A stretch of DNA of 64,000 nt from a virus. Where the stretch lies: IMG/VR virus record IMGVR_UViG_3300002026_000045, positions 1 through 64,000 of that record; one strand, 5' to 3'. How positions within the stretch are numbered: position 1 is the stretch's first letter; every line of letters starts with the position of its first letter. This document shows positions 50,403 to 60,154 of the stretch, in pieces. Both the position numbers and the translations under genes were made by a program. A model generated the notes under the pieces. It saw only the letters and a list, made by a program, of their open reading frames with translations. It searched no databases and was not told the DNA's origin.

Positions 50403-51061
50403 TATGCAAACTCCACTTGTTGATCTGAGATAAGATTCCAAACTTCTAATTTATAATGCTCATCTGCCATTGCTGGAAAATCTGCTGCAAATAACTCGAT
50501 ACTGTAGTTATAGTTTCTCCCGTTACCGCTACCGCCACTACCAGTTTGTACAATTGTGCTGTCAAAGTAGTCAGAGCCACTACCATCGTATGGTCGAGGA
50601 ACTTTGTGATCGCTATACCCTGCATCAATTTGAAACTTAATTTGCCCTCTCCAACCTGGGTAACCAGTTGGTGTACCAGGTGGTGAACGGCGAGGGTCCC
50701 AATTAGTTACCCCGTTTCGGGGGCATCTATGACTGTTGCTTACGCTGTCACTCCAATGCGCAGTTATAGCAATTGCTACTAATTTGTGGGCCGTGTCCCT
50801 TGCTTTACGCCATGTGTTATGCGCAGCACCATTTGCCGCAAACCATTTCCAGTTGTCTTTAATAAACTGCTCTAAGTTGGCAATACTTGTCACAGTGTTG
50901 CCCATATCAATCATAAACTGATTTCGTTCTGCGTTAACTTTTGCGATTTTTCGATCGTCAGAACGGAATTCAGCAAGTTTACGCAAGTGTTTTAGGTACT
51001 TGCTTTTATCTTCAAACAGTTTACCGTCTGTATCACTTTTCCAAACTAATACTTGGCTCAT
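50402..51061 (-). CDS. Hypothetical phage protein
   Basis: VSNSHRCP.NGVTNW...YPGWRG motif. Confidence 0.65.
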   Translation of the reverse strand: MSQVLVWKSDTDGKLFEDKSKYLKHLRKLAEFRSDDRKIAKVNAERNQFMIDMGNTVTSIANLEQFIKDNWKWFAANGAAHNTWRKARDTAHKLVAIAITAHWSDSVSNSHRCPRNGVTNWDPRRSPPGTPTGYPGWRGQIKFQIDAGYSDHKVPRPYDGSGSDYFDSTIVQTGSGGSGNGRNYNYSIELFAADFPAMADEHYKLEVWNLISDQQVEFA

Positions 51062-51274
51062 AAACTTCCCACCTGTTATTTGTATAATCCCAATGCCTAG
51101 TATCGTACAGCTTTATTGATAGTTCGATTCCCAATGCACCCAATTGTAACTCTGCCCCTGCATGATCTCGTTTAAATGTCCACTCAAACGACAATTTAAA
51201 AACGGTCCCGCTAAATTTAATTGCCTCTACTTCAATTGCTTTAAACGAAGTAAGAATTATAAAATTAGCATTAA

Positions 51275-51697
51275 TCATGATGCTGACACTCCCAACTTTC
51301 CTAGCTCAGTTAGGAAATTACTTTTGCGATTAAACGGAATAGTCACATGCACTGACTTACCAAGTTCAGTTTCATCACACAAATCTTTTGCTTCTTTAAG
51401 CCCAAACCCAGTGTACTCACGCACTAACTTAATATATGGAATAAAATTGCCACTGTTACCAGCATTACGAGTTGCAGATTTGTAAATTACTACATTACAG
51501 TCGCCATCACCAGTCATTAGGCGAAAAAATATTGCACCCTTCAGGTCATTGCCTAATGTGTCTGCAATCGTATCCCACAGTTCCAAACCAGTGGTCGCGC
51601 CGTAGGCTTCCGTGATAGACCGCATGAACTGCAACCCAGATAATACTACTGTATCCCGGGCTGCGTCTGACAACGATTCTAAATCTAGCGGTTTCAT
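51275..51697 (-). CDS. Protein with ribosomal bL12 (L7/L12) C-terminal-like domain
   Basis: IKLVREYTGFGLKEAKDLCD matches the bL12 signature IKxVRxxTGLGLKEAKxLV. Confidence 0.75.
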   Translation of the reverse strand: MKPLDLESLSDAARDTVVLSGLQFMRSITEAYGATTGLELWDTIADTLGNDLKGAIFFRLMTGDGDCNVVIYKSATRNAGNSGNFIPYIKLVREYTGFGLKEAKDLCDETELGKSVHVTIPFNRKSNFLTELGKLGVSAS

Positions 51698-51868
51698 TTA
51701 ATCTGCGTATTCAGTGTCAACAACATCATCAGTATCTTCTTGTTCAACAATACGCACCTTGTGACCAGCGTCTTGCTGATCAGAAGCATAGTCAACAGCT
51801 TGTTGTTCAGTTTTAAAAACTTCGGAATCCAAAACTGCACCAGCGCACATTACCAAAACTTTAAACAT
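51698..51868 (-). CDS. Small acidic early protein (56 aa, not in the ORF track)
   Basis: MFKVLVMCAG...; promoter TTGACA-N17-TATAAT at 51900-51928. Confidence 0.55.
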   Translation of the reverse strand: MFKVLVMCAGAVLDSEVFKTEQQAVDYASDQQDAGHKVRIVEQEDTDDVVDTEYAD

Positions 51869-52492
51869 ATTAAACTTCTTTCTTTGTTGCTAAGTGTATA
51901 TTATACTGCTATCTTACCGAAATGTCAACTGCTGTTTACATGCAGTGATAACGCTCAGTTCCGGGGTCACAGCATCCACCCAGCTCTGACTTGCGGATCA
52001 TGCACTTTTTGCCAGTCAAGATGTTAACTGTTTCAACCATTGGGTTGTAGTAGAAATTGTATTGTTCGTGGGTCATAACCAAATAGCGCCCCACTGACTC
52101 TTTCAAGCCAAACATTGCGTCGACTACCCGTGAATTCAGCCGTGTGGCAGCAATCTTCGCGCCACGCTCAGTTGGGTAAGTCATGTCACGGCATTGTTTG
52201 CGGGCAATGTATCCAGTTAAGGTGTCATAAATTACAAACATGATATTTCCTTATTCAGTGATGCTAAGAACAGTTACTTCGTTTTCATCAAGCAGCAACG
52301 TGGTGCGTTCTGAACCGTAAATAATGATTGGGACGTCAAGTTTAACAGTGTGCTGAACTTTGCCACCGTATTTGACACGGCTAGACTGTACCATCCCAGT
52401 AACTTGGAACAATCCCAAGTAATTGGACGTAACTGCTTGACCTTCTTTGTTCCAGCTCATTCAATGCTCCGGTTGTTTTCTGCTATGTCACT

Positions 52493-52521
52493 ATTATAGC
52501 ACCAAAATACTTGACTGTCAA
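52493..52521 (-). promoter_or_regulatory. Repeated early promoter, copy 4
   Basis: TTGACA-gtcaagtattttggtgc-TATAAT. Confidence 0.9.
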
Positions 52522-52914
52522 TCAAATATACATGCTAGTTTCAGCATTTTGCCTAGCAGTTTCAGCTGCATCAAAATTATGATTGCGCCAGCAAAACGTA
52601 TCCAGGTCCAACCGATGTGCCTTTTCCATACCGCGGTGACCCTTGTATGCCACGATAGTTACGCACTTGTCAGTGATCTTTGTGATTTCGCCGGTGTAGG
52701 ACAGGTTATAACTGTCGTATTCAGCAACGTCGCCAACTACAAACGAAGCACCACGCTGAGTAGAACCATCACGTTCGTCAACATAAACAGTGATACTATT
52801 GTAACCAGACTTGGAAACGCCAGTGCATTCAACTTGATACTTTGTTTCAGACGCTGGGATAGCACGGCCGTGGTATTTACGGGCTTTGGACATAACGCGG
52901 ATTAAGTTGGCCAT
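52522..52914 (-). CDS. Hypothetical early protein
   Basis: Single-gene cassette between two promoter copies. Confidence 0.65.
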   Translation of the reverse strand: MANLIRVMSKARKYHGRAIPASETKYQVECTGVSKSGYNSITVYVDERDGSTQRGASFVVGDVAEYDSYNLSYTGEITKITDKCVTIVAYKGHRGMEKAHRLDLDTFCWRNHNFDAAETARQNAETSMYI

Positions 52915-52945
52915 TTTAAGTTCCTTTGTTTCTTGCTATGTGTAT

Positions 52946-52974
52946 ATTATAACACCGAAATACTTGACTGTCAA
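52946..52974 (-). promoter_or_regulatory. Repeated early promoter, copy 5
   Basis: TTGACA-gtcaagtatttcggtgt-TATAAT. Confidence 0.9.
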
Positions 52975-53246
52975 CAACTATTTCTGGCTAAGAAACATTG
53001 CATATGAAGTGTTGCACACACGGCGACAGTCAGCCAACGTACGAATAAGCATACCGCCCTTGCCGCAAACACGAAAGAACACTACATTGCCAAGTTCGTC
53101 AGTGACAGTAAGTTGAACTGCATTGATTGGTTTTTTAATTTGACCCCAACGAGCATAATAATCACCAGACGCTTCAATTGCGTTAACTGACTTATATTCT
53201 TTAGTGTATTTCATTTTGTGTTCCGGTCGTTTTCTGCTATGTCGTT

Positions 53247-53275
53247 ATTATAACGCCGAAAGGCTTGACTGTCAA
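53247..53275 (-). promoter_or_regulatory. Repeated early promoter, copy 6
   Basis: TTGACA-gtcaagcctttcggcgt-TATAAT. Confidence 0.88.
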
Positions 53276-53314
53276 CCATTAAAATATAAAAGTCGATGCT
53301 CGGATAAATAAAGT

Positions 53315-53890
53315 ATGAACAATTATTATACCTACGCTTATTTACGTGAAGATGGCACTCCGTATTACATTGGGAAAGGCAAAGGACGTCGAGCCTGGTC
53401 TGGAAGACATCGCGTACATTTACCAGTGGACAGTTCCAGAATTGTGATCTTATCTGAAGGGTTAAGTGACGACGCTGCTAAGTTAATGGAGAAAGAACTT
53501 ATCACAAAATATGGCAGAAAAGATTTAGGTACTGGTATTTTACAAAACCAAACTGACGGAGGTGATGGTGCCTGCCTCAAAGGGTCAAAAAATGGTATGC
53601 ATGGGCGTACCCATACTCCGGAGGCAAGGGCAAAAATTAAAGCAGCAAGAGCCACTCAAATTATGAAACCATGCTCTGCTGAACAGAAGCAATTCCTTAG
53701 CGATAAATTTAAAGGCAGAAAGAAACCCGACGGATGCCCAGAATTCCACTCAGATGAAACGAAAGCTAAGATTGCCGCCGCACATTTAGGCAAGCCGAAA
53801 AAGAAAGGTTATAAACAGTCCGATGAGCAAAAACAGAAAAAGTTAGAATCGTTTCGAGCCACAATGGCCGCTAAGAAGCAATCAAATTAA
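53315..53890 (+). mobile_element. GIY-YIG homing endonuclease with NUMOD3 motifs
   Basis: YYTYAYLREDGTPYYIGKGKGRR...E..LI..YGRKD...L.NQTDGGDG; HTPEARAKI; HSDETKAKI. Confidence 0.88.
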
Positions 53891-54106
53891 TCAACTGCTG
53901 GTTAATAGCATTCATCTCATCCTGCTCTATATACCAATCTGTCCGAGGGTCATAATATTGTCCTTCAATTGGATCGTAATACAAGACTCGACCAGAGAAC
54001 GAAAACGGACCTTCTAATCCTTTACGTGGTCCATAATTGTCACGCATGTTATCCATAACGCTTAACACCTTGTACCCCATTTGACGCTCCTTGCTGGTAA
54101 GCTGGT

Positions 54107-54135
54107 ATTATAACACCAAAATGCTTGACCGTCAA
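54107..54135 (-). promoter_or_regulatory. Repeated early promoter, copy 7
   Basis: TTGACG-gtcaagcattttggtgt-TATAAT. Confidence 0.88.
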
Positions 54136-54553
54136 TCAGACTTATACGCTTCTCGGTTAAGTAATTTTGCGATTTCACTCGCTATATACTCGCTCTCACA
54201 TGTGCATATAACCGTTCCATGTTTGTCAGTGACTACGTTGTCTCTAACACAAAACGGAATAAGATAACTAATATACGCTAGCTTATATATTATTTTTTTC
54301 TTACTGTCCATTTTGAGGGTTCCATTTAAGTGTAAACATCGTTAGCTCAGCGTCTGTTTTGAACGCAAACGAGGTAGTGTTTACTCGTTTGCCGCACCCA
54401 GTGGCGCAACACCATTTATCAACATCATCGATAAAACTAAATTTTTTTGTGTTTAGCTTAATTTTAATATAATTTGGCGTTACTATTTTCTCTACTATCT
54501 CAATGTCGTTTGTCATTTTTGGGTCTTTTGCAAACTCGTATGCTGGCGCGAAC

Positions 54554-55108
54554 CTACTTTGTTTCATGATTGCCACGTAAATATTCCTTAAATAACTGTT
54601 GGAAATCGCTTTCCGTTAAATCGCCCACATCATGCCCCTCGGGCAGTAATACACGCTTATCCCCGTATCTCGCAAGTTTCAGCCCTGCTTTATCGCCTTG
54701 AACACACGCAACTTTAGTTGATGGCAACGCCTTTAACCAACTAACCAGGTGGACTGGGTTATTAGACAAGACTGCTACTGCAGGTAAGCCATACAAGTGA
54801 AGCCGGCATGCGTCAAAAACTCCTTCAGTAAGGAAAAGAACTGGATCAGCCCAATGCACTGATTCGAGCCCCCATACAGCAAGCTCGCCTGTCTTGCTTG
54901 CACAAGGCTTCGTAACCCATGTGTAATAACGGGCAAGACGCGGGTCGTCAACATGAAGCTTAGGCAAACTTGGATTATACGATTGAAATCCAACATATTG
55001 CCCTGACATGTTCCATAGTGGAAAAGTTACATAATCATCTGCGACGACGACGTTTGGATACAGTGTTGTATCAAACCAACGGCCACGGAGATGTTCTTGC
55101 ATGTTCAT
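54554..55108 (-). CDS. Small TOPRIM/primase-like protein
   Basis: FPLWN.SG...G.Q.Y.P; LTEGVFDA; GDKAG; DVGD. Confidence 0.75.
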   Translation of the reverse strand: MNMQEHLRGRWFDTTLYPNVVVADDYVTFPLWNMSGQYVGFQSYNPSLPKLHVDDPRLARYYTWVTKPCASKTGELAVWGLESVHWADPVLFLTEGVFDACRLHLYGLPAVAVLSNNPVHLVSWLKALPSTKVACVQGDKAGLKLARYGDKRVLLPEGHDVGDLTESDFQQLFKEYLRGNHETK

Positions 55109-55138
55109 AATGCATTATAACACCAGCAGCATCGTAAG

Positions 55139-55825
55139 TCAATAGGTAGCAATTCTTCGATCAACAGACTTTAGCATACGTGCCTCCCAGTTGTCATAGC
55201 CTTCGACTGGCCATTGGCATCCAAATTGGTTCCCGTTGTGTTGAAATGAACTCAATTTTAAAGTTATTGTTTTGTTATTTTTTCTATCTTCAAGTAATGA
55301 CTCTACAACCTCACCATCAATTTGAAAAATATCTATCACTTTGTTTTCTGTTTTGTCGAAAGGAAGGATATATGTATCTATACCTTTCGACAATCTAGTT
55401 TCCAATGTCATGTTACTGTGGAAACTCCCCTCAAAATGGCTAGTAATTGCCGATTTACTTTTTTTATTTTCTAGATTCGTCGAATAATACAAGCCGCCAC
55501 GTTGCCCGATTGCTAATTCGTCCTGGAATATCCCACTAATCTTACTTTCAATCGGGCGTGGATATACAAGATCTCTGCCATTTTTATAATAGTAAATATA
55601 TCCGTCGGGCCCATTGGGTTCTATTGATGGCACTGCGCCAATTGCTGCGCATCCAATGATATCTGCCCATTTTGAATATAACTCGGGCATTGACACATCG
55701 CGCCCAGTAAGGTTATCTTCCCAAAATCGAATATTGGTTAAATCTGTCGGCTGGCGTTTGAGCAGCTGGCTAACGATTCTTGCATTGTTATTTTTAGCAG
55801 ACATCCACTGAGCGCGAGTCATCAT
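55139..55825 (-). CDS. Putative PD-(D/E)xK nuclease
   Basis: GPDG...IESK; own sigma70 promoter at 55851-55879. Confidence 0.4.
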   Translation of the reverse strand: MMTRAQWMSAKNNNARIVSQLLKRQPTDLTNIRFWEDNLTGRDVSMPELYSKWADIIGCAAIGAVPSIEPNGPDGYIYYYKNGRDLVYPRPIESKISGIFQDELAIGQRGGLYYSTNLENKKSKSAITSHFEGSFHSNMTLETRLSKGIDTYILPFDKTENKVIDIFQIDGEVVESLLEDRKNNKTITLKLSSFQHNGNQFGCQWPVEGYDNWEARMLKSVDRRIATY

Positions 55826-55881
55826 AATGCATACCTTAAATGAAAATTGTATTGTAACAACGTTTATCTAAACTGTCAATC

Positions 55882-55910
55882 AAAAGGAGAGGGCCGAAGC
55901 CCTTCTTTTT
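55882..55910 (-). terminator. Intrinsic terminator with UUCG loop
   Basis: Minus strand reads aagggc-ttcg-gccctctcctttt. Confidence 0.7.
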
Positions 55911-56003
55911 AGTACCTGTATGCGCCAGGATTACGCTTGTATCGCTCGTATCTTGCTTGTCCACATGCAGTAGCGAATGCCCAGTATGTGCTAAATATTC
56001 GCT

Positions 56004-56171
56004 TTAACATAGCGCCTTCCCTCTGCTAATAGTGTCAAATTTACGAGTGTAATATTCAACATCATCCACAGTGTGTATATCTTGATTTTCAAGATATTGT
56101 TCAAGTTCAGATTTTTGTGGTTGCGACTTAAATAAGTTAGACAGCAACTCTATGGGATTCCATAGCAACAC
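56004..56171 (-). CDS. Small protein, DUF3563-like (55 aa, GTG start; not in the ORF track)
   Basis: ELEQYLENQD...DDVEYYTRKFD. Confidence 0.4.
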   Translation of the reverse strand: MLLWNPIELLSNLFKSQPQKSELEQYLENQDIHTVDDVEYYTRKFDTISRGKALC

Positions 56172-56173
56172 AA

Positions 56174-56407
56174 TTAAGCCTTAGCAGTCTGTTTGCACAT
56201 TGCAGTAAATGAGCTAACAGCATTGTCAAATTGATCAGTGAAAAGTTCAACTGACGAAAAGTATGCACTAACTACTTTTTTAGTAGCATCTTTTGTTTCT
56301 TTGTGCGGAATAACTGCAATCATCGAGTCAGCAAATTGGCGATTCAATTCCAATACACGAGTAGCAGTTGGGACTTCAAATTTTGGCAAGTTAGTAAAAT
56401 TAAACAT
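56174..56407 (-). CDS. Phasin-like amphipathic helical protein
   Basis: 77 aa helical, Ala/Thr/Phe-rich; AGGAG RBS; TGC-rich palindrome upstream. Confidence 0.4.
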   Translation of the reverse strand: MFNFTNLPKFEVPTATRVLELNRQFADSMIAVIPHKETKDATKKVVSAYFSSVELFTDQFDNAVSSFTAMCKQTAKA

Positions 56408-56471
56408 TGTAAATCTCCTTATATAGCAAGTTTTAATTATGTAGGCCCTTATCAGCACCTACACAATTATT

Positions 56472-56490
56472 TATGCTGCACTGCAACATA
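56472..56490. promoter_or_regulatory. TGCA-rich palindrome (PhaR-box-like) overlapping a late promoter
   Basis: tatgctgca-c-tgcaacata, one mismatch from a perfect inverted repeat. Confidence 0.5.
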
Positions 56491-56557
56491 GGAAATATTT
56501 ATTGTTAATTAACTACGCCAAAATCCGCCCAATTTGCTCCGCCGATATAAATATAGT

Positions 56558-57292
56558 ATGAAACCTACATATCTATATATAAAACAACATAATAAAACAG
56601 GGCTTAAATATTTTGGTAAAACAACTCAAGATCCTGAAAAATATCTTGGGTCTGGAATTAGATGGAGGAACCATCTTCGTGTGCATGGAAATGATATAAC
56701 TACTACATGGACATTATATACAAACAAAGAAGAACTAATGGCAGCAGCACTACTTTTTTCGGAAACTAACAAAATTTCTGAATCTTCTGAGTGGGCAAAT
56801 TTAAAACCAGAAAATGGGTTAGACGGCGGAGACCATGGAAAACTCACTGACGACGGTAGGAGACGCAAGTCCGAAGCAATGAAGAATAGAAAATTATCTG
56901 ACGAAACTCGGAAAAAAATTTCTGAATCTAATAAAGGAAAAACACGAACACTTGAACAAAATGCGGCAAATTCAGAACGGCAAAAAGGAAAGCCTGGCTT
57001 ACTTGGTCCTCAAAACGGGCAATACGGCAAAACACCTTGGAACAAAGGGTTATCTATACCTAGTCCAAATAAAGGCAAAAAGTACAAATCGTCAGGGCCT
57101 AATCCAAACAAAAGTCATCCAGCTTGGAATAAAGGAATGACTATGCCAAATCCAAATAAAGGTAAAAAGTATGGCCCGTCTGGTCCAAGTGGCCCAATGA
57201 CCAAATTAACTTGTCCGCACTGCAACAAAGAAGGCGGTGCGTCAATGATGAAGCGATATCATTTTGATTTGTGCAAACTTATTCAACAATAG
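56558..57292 (+). mobile_element. GIY-YIG-like homing endonuclease with NUMOD3/PWNKG repeats and a terminal Zn ribbon
   Basis: TYLYIKQH..TGLKYFGKT...YLGSG..W..HL..HG; WANLKPENGLDGG; LSDETRKKIS; CPHC. Confidence 0.85.
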
Positions 57293-58361
57293 GACCGTTG
57301 GCCCAATTTGCACCGCCTATTGACATCCAAAACATTGGCTTTCCATGATCTGGTCTTTCATTGAGAACAATAGTACCCTGTTTTGCTTCGTGACGTGGAC
57401 GCTCATCTGAGCTTGTAATCTGTACTCCGCCAATCGTCAATTGTTCAATGCCCACTGAGCCATCTGGCTCCACAACAATGTTGTTTCTGCCATTGCTACT
57501 TACTACTAGACGTTGCGGGCGCATTGTACCAAAGATAGCAACATCTTTCCTCAATTTACGTGTAACAACTTCACATTCTTCATCCCATACTGCTAGCGCG
57601 CCAGCTGGTGTTTCTGTGTTAACACCAACACGTTTGTTTACTACAGTAAGAGACCCTTTATTTAAAATAGCATCGCCATTGACAGTCAGTGAACGCAATT
57701 CACCTAGTTCTTGAATATTTGTTTCTGTTACAAACGAGCCAAGCTTGTTACCAGATAAAACAGTAGTTCCATTTATGGTAAGTTTAGTTAAGTCTAAACC
57801 ATCTGCTTTAATTTTCTCAAAAACTTTATCAGCATACGCTAAGAAAAATTCTCCATCCATGGACAATTTTAACAAGCCAGCACTGTGCTCAACTAAGTCT
57901 TTGTAAAACGGCGAGTCAGTTGGGATTTCTCCAAGTAACTTCAAATCACCCTCAACTGTTAAATTCCCTTTAATAGTAGCAGCAGATGTAACAAGTTGAT
58001 TCTCAACTACTGTTGCCTGATCCATAATTGTGACTTGACATGTCGATGCATTATCTTGTATGCCTGTACTTCCAAAACTTTTTATTATCCCACTGATGAC
58101 ATTGTCACCAGACATTTTAAAATTTTGAAAGTTTATTGCTTCAGCAGGGATACTGCCTGCTGGGAAAGTAAGTTTTTTAACAAAGTCAGTGAGCTTTCTG
58201 TCAATGTAAAATTGAACTGTCTTGTTTATATCAATTTGCGCTAACTTTTGTGCTACATCAGCTGCAACTTGTTTTGCAATTTGTTCATGTAATTGTTTAA
58301 CAAATGCCTCGGTGATTTCTGACGCAATAGAGTCAATTTTATCTTTAGACATTAGTTTCAC
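57279..58361 (-). CDS. Probable virion structural protein
   Basis: Coiled N-terminus and beta-repeat/fibre-like C-terminus (RVGVNTETP). Confidence 0.6.
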   Translation of the reverse strand: MKLMSKDKIDSIASEITEAFVKQLHEQIAKQVAADVAQKLAQIDINKTVQFYIDRKLTDFVKKLTFPAGSIPAEAINFQNFKMSGDNVISGIIKSFGSTGIQDNASTCQVTIMDQATVVENQLVTSAATIKGNLTVEGDLKLLGEIPTDSPFYKDLVEHSAGLLKLSMDGEFFLAYADKVFEKIKADGLDLTKLTINGTTVLSGNKLGSFVTETNIQELGELRSLTVNGDAILNKGSLTVVNKRVGVNTETPAGALAVWDEECEVVTRKLRKDVAIFGTMRPQRLVVSSNGRNNIVVEPDGSVGIEQLTIGGVQITSSDERPRHEAKQGTIVLNERPDHGKPMFWMSIGGANWANGPIVE

Positions 58362-58668
58362 CCTCAGTTAACCGAGCTAATAGAACATCGTAAAACGAAT
58401 CTACCTCACCGTTAAACACTCCACGCAAGTGACTTATCCCCTCTACCACAGTCAAAAAATCGCCTCGTTGCAACGCGTCAATTGTCGCTTTATGTAACCC
58501 AACTAGCCTAGATAAATCTTTAAGTTCATCAATTGAGATAGATTCTGGCGGCACAAGGCAGTAAGCAGTTACTGGACCGCGAATAGGTGCGTCAAAAGTT
58601 TCAAGCTCTAACAGCACGTGACGATTGCTCATTTCTTGAGCTACTTCTTTTCCAAAAATAATTTGCAT
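58345..58668 (-). CDS. Hypothetical late protein
   Basis: Late promoter at 58675-58680. Confidence 0.6.
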   Translation of the reverse strand: MQIIFGKEVAQEMSNRHVLLELETFDAPIRGPVTAYCLVPPESISIDELKDLSRLVGLHKATIDALQRGDFLTVVEGISHLRGVFNGEVDSFYDVLLARLTEGETNV

Positions 58669-58677
58669 AGTAAATAT

Positions 58678-59265
58678 TTATAGTTGACCAGTCTGAGATT
58701 TAAATTTCTGCATAAACAATTTATACGAAGTAATTGAATCTTTTGGTTGCTCAAATTGTTGTAATCGTTCCAATGAGACGTCTGGCATGTCGGGCCAATC
58801 TCTTCCACGAGACGGCATAAATGCGTGTGCTTCAATTTTCTGAGCAATTCTATCAGCCCGCTTAATAAGCTCTTCTTCTTCCTTACTTGGTGGTTCAATG
58901 TCAAAAGATGAATAGATTGCAGCCATTAATTTTGCTTCTAGTGCTTTAATGTGCGGGCGCAATTCTGGTATTCGCTTAATTGGACTAGGCAAATCTCCAG
59001 TATACACTTCAGCAGCATCATGCAATAATCCAAGCAATACAAGTCTGCATCTGTCTATACTTTGATCTTCAATCTCGGTGTTTAGTAACAACTCATCTGC
59101 AACGAAAATTGAGTGCTGTGCTACATTGTATGGTACTGCGGTAATAGTGTGACCACAAAAACGTGCCATTCTTGATAACCCCCACGCAATGTCTTCAATG
59201 AAGATTGAGTCTGGGTCAGGGTCAGACACGTCAACTAATCTGCCAGTAACAGTTTCTAAGAACAT
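58678..59265 (-). CDS. HD-domain phosphohydrolase (YfbR/5'-deoxynucleotidase-like)
   Basis: RFCGH...VAQHS...LLHDAAEVYTGDLPSP.K...AD. Confidence 0.88.
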   Translation of the reverse strand: MFLETVTGRLVDVSDPDPDSIFIEDIAWGLSRMARFCGHTITAVPYNVAQHSIFVADELLLNTEIEDQSIDRCRLVLLGLLHDAAEVYTGDLPSPIKRIPELRPHIKALEAKLMAAIYSSFDIEPPSKEEEELIKRADRIAQKIEAHAFMPSRGRDWPDMPDVSLERLQQFEQPKDSITSYKLFMQKFKSQTGQL

Positions 59266-59810
59266 TTTCGTACACCAAGTTGATGGAAAATATGTTGGAC
59301 ACCTACTGCTTGGGAATATGCATCAGCTAACGCATTATGCGCGTCTTTGTTGCCAGTTTTAGCTGAGTAGTCACCCATGTCGCCAATGGTACGGGAATCT
59401 CGTATTTGCCAATATTGCCAAGGTACGGGTTTACCCAACGTCTTATAAAAGTTTTCCAGTATGCAAATGTCAAACAACGGACCTTGAGCCCATATTTTGT
59501 CAACTCCCACCAAGTAGCGGCTAAGTTGGTTAGTAGCTTCGTCCATACTAACACGGTCGCCGTCGTCACCCATTGCTTCATCTTGTGACTCTTGGCTTTG
59601 TTTGCCCCACCATTCTACTGTTGAATCATCAACTGTGCGGCCACGCTCAGTTTGTTCGTCTACGTTTATTCTAAAGTAAAGTGGCGATGTAGGATCTTGC
59701 CTATCATACGGATTAAACTTTACTGCACCCAGCGTCAATACAACGCACCCATGAGTAAACCCAAGGGTTTCAATATCAATCATGCAATGCATGTTAAACC
59801 ACTGGCTCAA
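59256..59810 (-). CDS. DEDDh 3'-5' exonuclease
   Basis: MIDIETLG, FD..IL, RDSRT, HNALADA. Confidence 0.88.
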   Translation of the reverse strand: MSQWFNMHCMIDIETLGFTHGCVVLTLGAVKFNPYDRQDPTSPLYFRINVDEQTERGRTVDDSTVEWWGKQSQESQDEAMGDDGDRVSMDEATNQLSRYLVGVDKIWAQGPLFDICILENFYKTLGKPVPWQYWQIRDSRTIGDMGDYSAKTGNKDAHNALADAYSQAVGVQHIFHQLGVRKCS

Positions 59811-60105
59811 GTCTGATTAATAGAGGAAATCCATTATTTCGAGCAAGGACTGTTGCCTCAACTCCTTTTTGCTCCGCCAATTCATATGGCAGCACTGCTA
59901 CCACTGCCGATCCAAATTCGTGAACAGCAGTACACAATTTCATCGCGTCTTCTTCTGAGTGATTAAACACTTCAGTCAAACTTGCAATTACGAACTCCAT
60001 TGTAGTCACGTCATCGTTCATGTAGATAACATTAAACATGCTTGGAGGCATAAGCCCTGTTTTAGGGACAATTTTTTCTTTTACAACTGGTTCTGCTGAC
60101 GACAT
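59794..60105 (-). CDS. clpS: ClpS N-degron adaptor
   Basis: PPSMFNVIYMNDDVTTMEFV...VH..GSAVV....E.AEQK...FPL. Confidence 0.93.
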   Translation of the reverse strand: MSSAEPVVKEKIVPKTGLMPPSMFNVIYMNDDVTTMEFVIASLTEVFNHSEEDAMKLCTAVHEFGSAVVAVLPYELAEQKGVEATVLARNNGFPLLIRLEPVV

Positions 60106-60154
60106 TTTATTTCCTATTTAATAGGGCAGAGAAGATCCCTGCCCTTACCCTACA

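Noticed and set aside
58678-59265. HD protein as DatZ of a Z-genome (2-aminoadenine) pathway
   Set aside because: No purZ or mazZ in the window; generic YfbR-like motifs are sufficient
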